A stretch of DNA of 64,000 bases, taken from an uncultured delta proteobacterium. GTDB lineage: Bacteria > Desulfobacterota > Zymogenia > Zymogenales > Zymogenaceae. The translations under genes were made by a program, and so were the position numbers. The stretch spans positions 224,001 to 288,000 of the forward strand of contig CAWBYW010000009.1 of the NCBI GenBank assembly GCA_963792965.1, read 5' to 3'. Below the pieces are notes generated by a model. That model saw only the letters and a program-made list of their open reading frames with translations. It did not search any database and was not told the DNA's origin. Shown piece after piece: positions 22,840-32,794 of this stretch (within the stretch, counting starts at the first letter, position 1; the number at the start of each line of letters is the position of its first letter).

Positions 22840-24324
22840 CTATTCGTTTTCCTTGGCCGGCATAGACGTCACGAGCTTCTTGGCCGATTCTATGATCGCC
22901 TGGGCCTTCTTTTCCCCGATTCCGGGGATCTGAGAGAGATCCTCGACGCTGCTGGCGGCAACCTTGTTTATACTGTCAAACCCGCCCCCCACGAGGAGCT
23001 CGCGGGTTTTTTCGCCGACACCCTCCAGGCTTTCGAGCGACGGCCCCGCACCCCCCTGTTCGTGCACAGCCTCGGGGACTTCCCGTCCCTCCAGTATCGC
23101 CTGGGCCGAGGCGTAGATTTTATCCGCCTTCTTCTGGCCGATGCTCTCAATATTGGCAAGAAATTCGACGCCGGCGTTCACGAGATCGGCGACCGTCGCG
23201 ATACCCTCCCGGTAGAGAACCTCCGCCGTCGCCAGACCCACGCCGGGTATCGCCCCGAGCGCATAGACTGCCTCGGCAAACTGTTTCTCCTTTTTGGAGG
23301 CGCTCTTGATATCGAGCTTCCATCCTACGAGCCTGGAAGCCAGCCTCACGTTCTGGCCTTTCTTGCCGATAGCCAGCGACAGTTGATCGTCCTGAACGAC
23401 GATCTCCATCGCCTTTTCTTCCTCATCGATAATGACCTCGGTGACCTCCGCGGGCGAGAGGGCCTTACAGACGAACTTAACCGGATCGTCGACCCAGGGC
23501 ACGATATCGATCTTTTCGCCCCTGAGCTCCTGGACGATGCTCTGCACGCGAGATCCCTTGATTCCCACGCACGCACCCACCGGATCGACATCCTTATCGG
23601 TGGAAAAGACGGCAATCTTCGAGCGTTCGCCGGGCTCCCGCGCCGCCCCCATGATTTTCACGATCCCCTCGCTGACCTCGGGCACCTCCAGCTCGAAGAG
23701 CTTGATCAGAAGCCCCGGGTGGGTCCGGGAAAGGATGATCTGGGGGCCTTTTGACTCCCGGAGCACCTCAAGGATATAGGCCCTGATCCGGTCGCCCTGA
23801 CGGTACCCTTCACGCGGAACCTGTTCCTTGGGGGGGATGACGGCCTCCGCCCTGCCCAGGTTGACGTAGATGTGTCCGCGCTCGAAACGCTGCACCATCC
23901 CCGTGATAAGCTCGTTGACCCGGTCCCTATACTCCTCATAAATGTTATCCCGCTCGGCGTTGCGTACCTTCTGGATAATCACCTGTTTTGCCGTCTGCGC
24001 GGCGATCCTGCCGAAGTCCGAAATATCGAGCTTGAAGCCGAGGCTGTCACCGACCGCCGCCTCGGGATCCGTCTTGACGGCTTCATCCAGGGTGATCTGG
24101 ATCTCGGGATCGATAACCTCGTCGACGACCTCCTTGAACTCAAAGAGCTCTACCTCCCCGAGTTCATCGTTGAAAGAGGCCTCGATCTCTTTCAGGTTTC
24201 CGTACTTCTTCTTGGCGGCGGTAAGAAGCGCCGCCTCAATGGCCTCAATGAGGATATCACGCGATATCCCCTTTTCTTTCTCGACCTGTTCAATGATATG
24301 ATTCAAATTCGAATACGTGGTCAC
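22840..24324 (-). CDS. nusA: Transcription termination/antitermination factor NusA with C-terminal HhH repeats
   Basis: FGRIAAQTAKQ, LSRTHP, DPVGACVG, SLAIGKKGQN. Confidence 0.97.
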   Translation of the reverse strand: MTTYSNLNHIIEQVEKEKGISRDILIEAIEAALLTAAKKKYGNLKEIEASFNDELGEVELFEFKEVVDEVIDPEIQITLDEAVKTDPEAAVGDSLGFKLDISDFGRIAAQTAKQVIIQKVRNAERDNIYEEYRDRVNELITGMVQRFERGHIYVNLGRAEAVIPPKEQVPREGYRQGDRIRAYILEVLRESKGPQIILSRTHPGLLIKLFELEVPEVSEGIVKIMGAAREPGERSKIAVFSTDKDVDPVGACVGIKGSRVQSIVQELRGEKIDIVPWVDDPVKFVCKALSPAEVTEVIIDEEEKAMEIVVQDDQLSLAIGKKGQNVRLASRLVGWKLDIKSASKKEKQFAEAVYALGAIPGVGLATAEVLYREGIATVADLVNAGVEFLANIESIGQKKADKIYASAQAILEGREVPEAVHEQGGAGPSLESLEGVGEKTRELLVGGGFDSINKVAASSVEDLSQIPGIGEKKAQAIIESAKKLVTSMPAKENE

Positions 24325-24336
24325 CTGAGCTATCCT

Positions 24337-24831
24337 CTAAGGAATTTGACGATAGACAAGACGGGCCTTCTTGATGGCGTCTCGAGGAATCCGAAACTCT
24401 TCATCTTGCTCCCCTTTAACTGCGACCGACCCGTCGGTTATCCCCAACAAAATCCCCGAAAAGTTTGACCTTCCGTCGATTGGGGATTGAGTCTTTATCT
24501 TTACTTCCCTTCCCGCGAATGCCTGGAAGTCTTCTTCTCTCCTCAACGGTCTTTCCAGTCCCGGCGACGAGACCTCGAGCGTATACGGACCTTCAATCGG
24601 GTCCTTCGCATCCAGGAGACGCTCGATCGTGCGGCTGATTTGGGCGCAATCCTCGACGGTGACTCCCCGCTCGTGGTCGATATAGAATCGCACCAGAAGC
24701 CTCCCCCTCCCGCGATGAACCTCCACCTCGATGAGGCTGAATCCGAAGAGGCCGCACGCCTTTTCGCCTATCGCCCACAGGGTATCTCTGAGACTGTCGA
24801 GGTATCCCTGCTTTTTATCGTCCTTGGTAAT
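24337..24831 (-). CDS. rimP: Ribosome maturation factor RimP (start uncertain, possibly ATT at 24831)
   Basis: RFYID, TVEDCAQIS, YTLEVSSPGLERPL; frame open and RimP-like upstream of GTG 24726. Confidence 0.9.
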   Translation of the reverse strand: MTKDDKKQGYLDSLRDTLWAIGEKACGLFGFSLIEVEVHRGRGRLLVRFYIDHERGVTVEDCAQISRTIERLLDAKDPIEGPYTLEVSSPGLERPLRREEDFQAFAGREVKIKTQSPIDGRSNFSGILLGITDGSVAVKGEQDEEFRIPRDAIKKARLVYRQIP

Positions 24832-24877
24832 CGTAAGAACCGCACGCTATACATAAAAGAGAACGGCCCACATTAAA

Positions 24878-24903
24878 TAAAAAAGTGGGCGGAGAGCCCA
24901 CTT
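24878..24903 (-). promoter_or_regulatory. rimP-nusA leader hairpin / attenuator
   Basis: On - strand AAGTGGGC-TCTCC-GCCCACTT plus T-run upstream of rimP. Confidence 0.65.
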
Positions 24904-24974
24904 CTTAATAAGTAGACCCATGCGCACTCATGTGAATCAGAAAAAGGCCATCTGTCGCATCCAAATAGAAAACG

Positions 24975-25050
24975 TGGAGCGGGCAACGGGGTTCGAACCC
25001 GCGACATCAAGCTTGGGAAGCTTGCACTCTACCAACTGAGTTATGCCCGC
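24975..25050 (-). tRNA. tRNA-Gly (CCC)
   Basis: 76 nt cloverleaf GCGGGCA...TGCCCGC-TCCA, anticodon loop TTCCCAA; TTGACA-N17-TATATT upstream. Confidence 0.96.
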
Positions 25051-25187
25051 CTTATACTTCAAAACCTAAATATAGAGGAAAATGGACTATTTGTCAATAT
25101 TTTTCTCTCTTTCCCTCAGATTGCGGCGTTCTTGGGCGGCTTGTCCTCCTGCCACCCGGTTCCTTCCCCTCGCCACCCCTCTGACGA

Positions 25188-25223
25188 AAAGGATCCGTCC
25201 GCGCGAGCGCGGACGGATCCTTT
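25188..25223 (-). terminator. Long perfect hairpin / terminator after ExeA-like gene
   Basis: AAAGGATCCGTCCGCGC-GA-GCGCGGACGGATCCTTT inverted repeat at the stop codon. Confidence 0.7.
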
Positions 25224-26265
25224 ATTCGATCTCAAGTGAATCCAGGATTGAATCGATATCGATATTCTCGGTCGTCTTTTCCGCCTCCCGCGCACCCTTC
25301 GCCGTAGGCGTCGGGCCCCGACCGGGCTCGGTTCCCTTTCCCTGAGGCGGCTGAGCCCCGTTGACGTCCCCGATTTTCGCGGTGGCATCTTCGGTAGCGT
25401 CAGATGCCCAGATCCGGTGTGACTCGATCTGGGCGAGTTCCTCTTTCGATGCTGGTATCAGGCTCAGCTCATCGGCAACCTTCTGGATGACGGCGCGCCC
25501 GACGACCGGGGCCTTGCTCAGCATCCCCTCAAGCAGCGCGTTATCGCAGATATTGTTGATGACACGGGGGATGCCCCGCGAATATCTCTGGATCACCTCG
25601 ACGGCTTCGCGGGTAAAGAGCATTTTGGTCGCCCCGGCAACTTTAAGCCGATGCTTGATATACTTTTCCGTAGAATCGAGGTTCATATAGCCAAGCCTGA
25701 GCCGCATGGCTACCCGCTGATTAAGCGGCTCGTCCTGCTTGAGGGCGTCTTCGATCTCAGGCAGTCCGAAAAGGACAAAGGAGATAAACTTTTTATCGGG
25801 GATCTCGAGGTTCAAGAGTCCCCTGAATTCCTCCATGATCTCTCTGCTCTTGAGCATCTGCGCCTCATCCACAAGGATGACCGCCCTCCTGCCGCTCTCC
25901 TGGATTTCTATCAGTCTCTTGTAGAGCTGACCCAACAGTTTTATTTTCTCTTCGGCGGGCTCTTCCACGCCCAGCTGGGTTGCGATCCTCGTCAAGAGCC
26001 AATCGGCGCTGATCCCCGAATGGATGATAACCAGCATCGATGCCTCGTACTCTTCCTCGGAGAGCGATACCAGGAGTCTTCGGGCCAGCGTTGTCTTTCC
26101 GGTCCCCACGTCACCAATGAGAATTGCCAGCCCCTTCATCGACTTGGCGATATAGAGGAGCTTGGTAAGAACGATCGCGTGTTGCTCACTATTGAAGTAG
26201 AATTTATTGTCGGGCGTGTTGGAGAAAGGATCCAACTGCATGCCGTAGTATCGATAGTGTTCCAT
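25222..26265 (-). CDS. ExeA/GspA-family AAA ATPase
   Basis: PFSNTPD, Walker A GDVGTGKTT, Walker B ILVDEAQ, GIPRVINNICDNAL. Confidence 0.9.
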   Translation of the reverse strand: MEHYRYYGMQLDPFSNTPDNKFYFNSEQHAIVLTKLLYIAKSMKGLAILIGDVGTGKTTLARRLLVSLSEEEYEASMLVIIHSGISADWLLTRIATQLGVEEPAEEKIKLLGQLYKRLIEIQESGRRAVILVDEAQMLKSREIMEEFRGLLNLEIPDKKFISFVLFGLPEIEDALKQDEPLNQRVAMRLRLGYMNLDSTEKYIKHRLKVAGATKMLFTREAVEVIQRYSRGIPRVINNICDNALLEGMLSKAPVVGRAVIQKVADELSLIPASKEELAQIESHRIWASDATEDATAKIGDVNGAQPPQGKGTEPGRGPTPTAKGAREAEKTTENIDIDSILDSLEIE

Positions 26266-26322
26266 TATCTTGCCGTATGAATAAAACTAATGACCGGTCG
26301 TCTACAAAAAGGAGCGGAGAGG

Positions 26323-28734
26323 TCATACAAACGATATCTTACCCTTTGTCGGCGGCGCCGGTTTGGTCGGCTTGCCTTCCTGGGAGGTCCGTTCTTTTAC
26401 CGACGGCGCGCCATCCTTCACGGGAGGTGCGGCTTTCCCCCTAAGGGATTTGATCTTCTCGGAGACATCTCTGAAGGAAGGATCCCGGCCGTAGATCTTT
26501 TCGAAGAGCGAATACGCCTCATCGGTCTCCCCGAACAGCTCCTGGGAAAGCGCCAATTCGTAGAGGATACCGAGCCGTTCTTCGGGCTTGAGCGTCGGGG
26601 TATCGGCCGCCTCCCGGAAGTAGTCGATGCTCTTGTCAAAAACGCCGATATCGCGATAGGTTACTCCCAGCATGATGAAGCTGTCGAGCTTCTTTTTCGG
26701 ATCGTTTGAGGAGGTTAAGAACTCGGTAATCGCATCGTCAAAGAGACCCATCTCCCGATAGGCGATCCCGAGGTTGTAATGGGTGTCGAAATCCTCTCTC
26801 CCGAACTGTTTTTCAACCCCCCGCTTGAACTCCTCGAATACATCCTCGAAGGAGTACTGATCGTCTTTGCCGAGGAGTCCTGCGCCTCCCTTGGATTCAA
26901 GGGAGAGATCCTCCTCAAGCACAACCTCTTCCAGCTCCTTTCTCAGGTCAAAGTAGTCCTCACCCTCGGACAGCGGCTCATCCTTTGGCGCCATATTGAT
27001 CAGCCCCGAGTCGGCGGAGTCCCTGATCTGGGGCTCTCTGGTCGGTTTGACCTCGTGGAGCACGTCGTCTTCGACGATCGTTTCATATTCTTCTTCGGCT
27101 ATCGCTTCCTCTTCAAGGGAAATCTCGATCGGCTCGGCACCCGTCTCTCCGACGTCGATCGATTCCGAGACCTCCATCTCGTCTACCGTCGAAAAATCGA
27201 CCTCTTCCTCGGCGGCACCGATTTCCTCAGGCTCTTCAAGCACAATATCGAATTCCGGGGCCCTCGCAGCGGTTTCCTTGGCGCTTCCGGTCGGATCAAG
27301 CTCCTTTGCCCTGGTGAGCATAGCGCTTGCGAGCCTCCCGTTTCCGTTCTTCTTTGCGATTTCCGAGATCCGGTAGTATTGTCGGGCCGCCAGCCCATGG
27401 TACCTTCCGGGGTCATTCATCTTATCGGCGAGTTCACCATAGAGCTCGGCAAGTTTCTCCTTTGGGGTGATGAAATCGTTCTTCTCGGTGTAGTCGGAAA
27501 GGACGTTGGTGGCCTCCTTGAACTGACCGTACTTAACGTAGGTGTCGACCTTCAGCATGACAAGGCGCCCCTCGTTGTCGAGATTTTCGACAACCTCCTC
27601 ATAACCTTCCTCGACCTGCGGTGCTTCCTGGATAAGCTCCGCCTCGATGATGTCATCCTCCCCGACCTCGATGACCTCCCCCTCGTCGAGCGGCTCGGCC
27701 CCGAACGACTCGACCCGTTCCACGGCCCCGCGGTCGATTCCCCCACTCATCATATCTTCAGATATGGTACTTTTGAGATTTTCGTAGAGCGCTTTATAGT
27801 GGGCGGACTTCTCTTCCCCTCCGACCTTTTTGCGAAAGGCGATCATCAACTCGGTATAGAGCTTCTCGAGGATGTCTTTCTTCCCCCCGAGCTTCTCATA
27901 GACCCTTGTCAGGTCCTCCTTGGCGGAGATGAAGTCGGGGTCTATCGTGAGCATTTTATTGAGTATGTCGGAACTGCCCGTATAGTCGTTGCGCTCCAGC
28001 GTGAGCCGTGACTTGAGGAAGAGAAGCTTCATGTTTTCGGGGGCAATCGAAAGCCCCATATCGATGCGGGCCTCCGCCATCTCCCTCTTATTAGTCTTGA
28101 GGTAGATTTCGGCCACCTCAACGATCATGTCCATCCGCTGCGAGTGGTGCTTGATCAGCTTCTCATACAGGTTGACCATGTCTTCGACACGGTCCTCCTT
28201 TTTTAGCTGCTCGCCGATCTTGACATATTCGTCGAGGCTGTGATCGATATAGCCGTTGCGATAATACGCGTCGGCAAGCCTCATACGAAGCTGGAGGTTT
28301 CCCGGCGCCATTTCGGCCATTTTATCAAGTGTCTCCAACGCGCGAACGGTATCTCCCTTTCGCTCGTAGAATTGATAGACAATCTGAAACTGCTGGATTG
28401 CGTCTCCGTTGAGATTCTGCTTGTGGTAGAGTTCGGCGAGCTTGAGGTTTATGTTTATCTGGGTGGGGTCGAGCTTCAGGACTTGCTTATACAGGGCGAT
28501 CGCCCTCAGGTAGAAGCCGTCGTCGGCGTAAAATTTCGCGACAAAATTGTATTCGGTCAGCGCCTCGGCTTTCTTGTTCTCGCGCGCATATAGATCGCCG
28601 AGCTTCTGGCGCACCTTAATATCCCTCGGGTCTTCCCTGACGATGCTGGCCAACTCCCTAATGGCTCGGTCATACATCCCCCTTTGGATAAATTTTTGCG
28701 CGGAAAGGATGGTTTTGTTCTTATCCAGCGGCAT
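26323..28734 (-). CDS. Large TPR protein, SgmX-like
   Basis: N-terminal TPRs, acidic linker, C-terminal TPRs starting DTHYNLGIAYREMGL, terminal KISFV; efp-accB-accC-TPR-ExeA order as recalled for the Myxococcus sgmX locus. Confidence 0.78.
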   Translation of the reverse strand: MPLDKNKTILSAQKFIQRGMYDRAIRELASIVREDPRDIKVRQKLGDLYARENKKAEALTEYNFVAKFYADDGFYLRAIALYKQVLKLDPTQININLKLAELYHKQNLNGDAIQQFQIVYQFYERKGDTVRALETLDKMAEMAPGNLQLRMRLADAYYRNGYIDHSLDEYVKIGEQLKKEDRVEDMVNLYEKLIKHHSQRMDMIVEVAEIYLKTNKREMAEARIDMGLSIAPENMKLLFLKSRLTLERNDYTGSSDILNKMLTIDPDFISAKEDLTRVYEKLGGKKDILEKLYTELMIAFRKKVGGEEKSAHYKALYENLKSTISEDMMSGGIDRGAVERVESFGAEPLDEGEVIEVGEDDIIEAELIQEAPQVEEGYEEVVENLDNEGRLVMLKVDTYVKYGQFKEATNVLSDYTEKNDFITPKEKLAELYGELADKMNDPGRYHGLAARQYYRISEIAKKNGNGRLASAMLTRAKELDPTGSAKETAARAPEFDIVLEEPEEIGAAEEEVDFSTVDEMEVSESIDVGETGAEPIEISLEEEAIAEEEYETIVEDDVLHEVKPTREPQIRDSADSGLINMAPKDEPLSEGEDYFDLRKELEEVVLEEDLSLESKGGAGLLGKDDQYSFEDVFEEFKRGVEKQFGREDFDTHYNLGIAYREMGLFDDAITEFLTSSNDPKKKLDSFIMLGVTYRDIGVFDKSIDYFREAADTPTLKPEERLGILYELALSQELFGETDEAYSLFEKIYGRDPSFRDVSEKIKSLRGKAAPPVKDGAPSVKERTSQEGKPTKPAPPTKGKISFV

Positions 28735-28880
28735 ATACCCGTCTCAAGACGTAAAAATCCCTTTTAAAAGTACACCATTTCTCTACAAAAGTCAATAATT
28801 ATGGACCGGTTCTTACTATTTGGCCGTCTTTCAGATTGTCGACCCCGATACCCTCTACCGTCGGCCGAGTCATTAAGACA

Positions 28881-30215
28881 TCACAGGTACTTATCGAGGA
28901 AAGATGCGTCGGCGTAACCTCTCGTGTAGACGGGATCTATCATAATTTTTCTGTAGAGGGGAATCGTCGTCTCTATCCCCTCGATGACAAATTCGGAGAG
29001 CGCCCGCCTCATCCGCTCTATGGCGCTTCCCCTGTCCTTTGAAAGGACAACCAGCTTCGCGATGAGCGAGTCGTAATGCGGATTTACGTGAGCTCCGCAG
29101 AAAATAGCCGAATCGACGCGAACGCCGGGCCCCCCGGAGGGAATATACTGGGTCACCAGGCCGGACGAGGGCGTGAACCTGAACGGGTCCTCAGCGGTAA
29201 TCCGGCACTCGATGCTGCACCCCCTGAAATCGACTTCCTCCTGTTTGAGCCTGAGGGGCTGCCCGGCGGCAAGACGGATCTGTTCTTTGACGACGTCGAT
29301 GCCGGTGACCATCTCGGTGATGCCGTGTTCCACCTGTATCCGCGTATTCATCTCGAGAAAGAAGAACCGCCCCTCTTTGGTTATAATGAATTCGACGGTC
29401 CCGATATTTGAATAACCGACCGATCGGGCAAAGAGTACCGCGGCCCTGGCCATATCGTCCCGCTTCTCCGGGCTTATGCCGAACGCCGGCGATTCTTCAA
29501 TGATCTTCTGGTATCTCCGCTGAATGGTGCAGTCCCGCTCGCCGAGGTGAATGGTGTTGCCGGCATTGTCGGCGACGATCTGAAACTCGATATGGCGCAC
29601 CTTCTCGAGATACTTCTCGACGTAGATTCCGGGATTCTTCAGGTAGTCCTGGGCCTGTCTTTGAGACTGCTGGAAAGCGGAAGAAAACGTATCCCGATCC
29701 GGGACAACCCTGACCCCCCGTCCACCGCCGCCGCCCACCGCTTTGAGGATCACCGGGAAACCGAGTGAGTCGGCAACCGCGAGCGCCTCGCGCTCGTCGA
29801 GGAGCGCGTCATCACTGCCCGGGACGACTTCGATGCCCGCGTTTCTGGCGGCGTTCTTTGCGGCCACCTTATCGGCCATGAGGGACATCGACTCGACTCC
29901 CGTGCCGATGAAGGTAACGCCTATATCGTGACAGGATTCAACGAACTCGAGGTTCTCGGAGAGCGGACAATACCCCGGATGAATCGCGTCGGCCCCGGTG
30001 ATCTGTGCCGCGGACAAGATTGCGGAGAAATTGAGGTAGCTGTCCTTGATATCCGCAGGACCGATGCAGAGGCCCTCGTCGGCCATCTGTACGTGTAATG
30101 AATCGCGGTCGGCAACGGAATAGACCGCGACGGTCTTGATCCCGAGCTCCTTGAGGCTGCGAATAATCCGAACCGCGATTTCCCCCCGGTCGGCGATGAG
30201 GACCTTATGAAACAT
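28881..30215 (-). CDS. accC: Biotin carboxylase (divergent)
   Basis: RGEIAVR, GGGGRG, ERDCTIQRR, EMNTRIQVEH, YDSLIAKL; follows accB. Confidence 0.92.
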   Translation of the reverse strand: MFHKVLIADRGEIAVRIIRSLKELGIKTVAVYSVADRDSLHVQMADEGLCIGPADIKDSYLNFSAILSAAQITGADAIHPGYCPLSENLEFVESCHDIGVTFIGTGVESMSLMADKVAAKNAARNAGIEVVPGSDDALLDEREALAVADSLGFPVILKAVGGGGGRGVRVVPDRDTFSSAFQQSQRQAQDYLKNPGIYVEKYLEKVRHIEFQIVADNAGNTIHLGERDCTIQRRYQKIIEESPAFGISPEKRDDMARAAVLFARSVGYSNIGTVEFIITKEGRFFFLEMNTRIQVEHGITEMVTGIDVVKEQIRLAAGQPLRLKQEEVDFRGCSIECRITAEDPFRFTPSSGLVTQYIPSGGPGVRVDSAIFCGAHVNPHYDSLIAKLVVLSKDRGSAIERMRRALSEFVIEGIETTIPLYRKIMIDPVYTRGYADASFLDKYL

Positions 30216-30220
30216 ACCGT

Positions 30221-30637
30221 CTAAAGCGGCTCAAGGAGAAAGAGTGTCTGTCCGTACTCGACGGGCTGACCGTTCTCAACGACGATCGAGACGACGATCC
30301 CGTCCACGTCGGACTCGATTTCGTTCATCAGTTTCATCGATTCCACGATACACAGGACATCGCCCTTATGGACCTCCGACCCAACCTCAACGAACGGGGG
30401 CGAGTCCAGCGAGGCGGAGCGGTAAAATGTCCCCACGAGCGGGGAGGTAACCGCCACAAGCTCCCGGTCTTCGGCAACGGCCCCGTCGCGGGACGCCGCG
30501 GCGACGACCTTCACATCGCCGGTACTCGGCGCTCCCCGCTTGATTCTGAGCCGTTCGCCGGACCGTTCGATCTCGATCTCGGTGATGTCGGTCCCCCGGA
30601 TGGCTTTAATGATATCCTTTATCTCTCTGAGATTCAT
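30221..30637 (-). CDS. accB: Biotin carboxyl carrier protein
   Basis: [17 protein letters not shown] biotinylation motif, PVEYGQ. Confidence 0.94.
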   Translation of the reverse strand: MNLREIKDIIKAIRGTDITEIEIERSGERLRIKRGAPSTGDVKVVAAASRDGAVAEDRELVAVTSPLVGTFYRSASLDSPPFVEVGSEVHKGDVLCIVESMKLMNEIESDVDGIVVSIVVENGQPVEYGQTLFLLEPL

Positions 30638-30655
30638 GGTTTCTTCCCCGCAGGG

Positions 30656-31219
30656 TTACTTTGAGACCCGCTCGATGTACTCACCCGTTCGTGTATCGAT
30701 TTTCAGGAGGTCGCCCTCATTGATGAAAAGGGGCACCTGCACTACCAGTCCCGTCGAAAGGCGGGCCGGCTTCGTACCGCCGCTGGCGGTATCTCCCTTT
30801 ACCCCCGGCTCCGTCGAGGCGATCGGGAGCATGACGAAGGTCGGAAGCTCAAGGGATATCGGGGTGTTATCGTGATACAAAACCGTCAGATCCAGACCCT
30901 CCGAGAGGAAACTCGCGGAATCACCCACCTGATCGGCCGTTATGTATACCTGGTCGTACGTATCCGTATCCATGAAATGGAAGCCGTCGGAGTCCCGATA
31001 GAGGTACTGCATATGTTTCTCTTCGAGACTGGGCCGATCAACCTTTTCACCGGAGCGGAACGTCCGCTCGATCACCGCACCCGTGACTAGGCTCTTAAGC
31101 TTTGTCCGGACGAACGCGCCGCCTTTGCCCGGCTTCACATGTAAAAAGTCGACGATGATATAGGGTTTACCCTCGAGCTCTATCTTTAATCCTTTTCTGA
31201 AATCTGCCGTTGAATACAC
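30656..31219 (-). CDS. efp: Elongation factor P
   Basis: HVKPGKGGAF, PGVKGDT, KIDTRTGEY. Confidence 0.97.
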   Translation of the reverse strand: MYSTADFRKGLKIELEGKPYIIVDFLHVKPGKGGAFVRTKLKSLVTGAVIERTFRSGEKVDRPSLEEKHMQYLYRDSDGFHFMDTDTYDQVYITADQVGDSASFLSEGLDLTVLYHDNTPISLELPTFVMLPIASTEPGVKGDTASGGTKPARLSTGLVVQVPLFINEGDLLKIDTRTGEYIERVSK

Positions 31220-31253
31220 CGAATAGACTCCTCAGATTGGGGCAAAAAAGCGA

Positions 31254-32324
31254 CTAAGGCAACACTCTAAACGATTTAGCGATCGTTGTCAACAGATAAG
31301 CCCCGCGCTTTCGGACCAGCAGCATATCTTCGATGCGCACCCCGCCCCAGCCGGGAATATAGATGCCCGGCTCCACCGTGATCACCATCCCCTCTTCGAG
31401 CACCTCCTCCCCCAGCAGGCTCACGCGAGGAGGCTCGTGGATTTCGAGACCTACCCCGTGGCCCGTCCCGTGTGAAAAATAGTCCCCGTACCCTCGCGCC
31501 TGAATATAGCTCCGGGCCGCCTTGTCAACTTCTTTGACGGGGACGCTCGGCTTTATCGTCGCGATTGCCTGCCGCTGGGCCTCCAGGACGATGTCGTAGA
31601 TCTCCCGCGCCCTTTTTTCTTCATGATCGACCGCGAGCGTGATCGTCTCATCTGAATGATAACCCCTGTACTCGGCACCGAAGTCGATCGTCACCAGATC
31701 GCCCGGCACAAGTCTCCGGGTCCCGGCGTGGGCATGGGGCATCGCCCCGTTTTCCCCCGAGGCCACGATGATCGGGAAGGGAAGCGGACCACACCCCCTT
31801 TTTTTCATCGCATACTCGAGCTCGACGGCGATTTCGTCTTCCCGCACCCCGACTGTAACGAGGCGCTCCACTTCCTTCATCGAATCTTCGGAGATTCGCA
31901 CGGCCTCTTTCAACAGTGAGATCTCTTCATCGTCCTTGACCATCCTGAGGCGTGAGATATCGTCCTTCACCGGTACCAGGCCCCTTCCCCGCAGTTTTCC
32001 CTTGAGCATATCGAACAGATAGATGGTCATCACATGAGACTCGACGCCGATCCTCTTCATTTTCAGCCGTTTTGCCGCGTCACAGATTCCCTCGATCTTA
32101 CTCTTATACTCCACCACCGGAAACGAGGTCACCTCGCCCGATGCCTGGGTAGTATATCGCCCGTCCGTCAAAAAGACACCACCCTCCCGGCCGATTACTA
32201 ACGCCCCATCGCTGCCCGTAAAACCGGAAAAATAGCGGACGTTCTTCATATCGACCAAGATCATCCCGGAGAGGTTGGTACGGTCAAGATACTCAACAAA
32301 TCGTTTAATTCGTTTTTTATTCAT
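31254..32324 (-). CDS. Xaa-Pro aminopeptidase (M24B)
   Basis: TDGRY, DFG...SD, HGTGHGVGLEIHE, TVEPGIY, GVRIED. Confidence 0.93.
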   Translation of the reverse strand: MNKKRIKRFVEYLDRTNLSGMILVDMKNVRYFSGFTGSDGALVIGREGGVFLTDGRYTTQASGEVTSFPVVEYKSKIEGICDAAKRLKMKRIGVESHVMTIYLFDMLKGKLRGRGLVPVKDDISRLRMVKDDEEISLLKEAVRISEDSMKEVERLVTVGVREDEIAVELEYAMKKRGCGPLPFPIIVASGENGAMPHAHAGTRRLVPGDLVTIDFGAEYRGYHSDETITLAVDHEEKRAREIYDIVLEAQRQAIATIKPSVPVKEVDKAARSYIQARGYGDYFSHGTGHGVGLEIHEPPRVSLLGEEVLEEGMVITVEPGIYIPGWGGVRIEDMLLVRKRGAYLLTTIAKSFRVLP

Positions 32325-32757
32325 TCTTTTTGATCAGGTGGTCCCGGAGGGCCTCTATGCCGAGGCGATAGCCGGTGATCCCGAAGCCGCAAATCACGCC
32401 GACGGCAATATCGGATATGAATGATCTTCTCCTGAACTCTTCGCGCGAAAAAATGTTCGAGAGATGGACCTCGACGACCGGCAGCCCAGAGGCCAAGAGC
32501 GCGTCTCGTATAGCGACGGAGGTGTGCGTATACCCGCCCGCGTTGATGATCACGCCGTCGAAGCCTTTTAGTTTCTGAATCGTATCGATGATCTCCCCTT
32601 CGCTGTTTGATTGGAAGACCGTTGCCGACACGCCCAGCGTCGCTGCCGCCTTTTGGATCTCCCCAAGGAGACCGTCATATGACATCTTTCCGTATATGTC
32701 CGGCTCACGCTCGCCAAGCATATTGAGGTTGGGGCCGTTTATCACAAAAAACTTCAT
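32317..32757 (-). CDS. aroQ: Type II 3-dehydroquinate dehydratase
   Basis: NGPNLNMLGEREP, QSNSEG, HTSVAIRDA, EVHLSN. Confidence 0.96.
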   Translation of the reverse strand: MKFFVINGPNLNMLGEREPDIYGKMSYDGLLGEIQKAAATLGVSATVFQSNSEGEIIDTIQKLKGFDGVIINAGGYTHTSVAIRDALLASGLPVVEVHLSNIFSREEFRRRSFISDIAVGVICGFGITGYRLGIEALRDHLIKKNE

Positions 32758-32794
32758 ATTCCAAAGGTCCTCTTAATAAAGCGCGAAACGGGGA

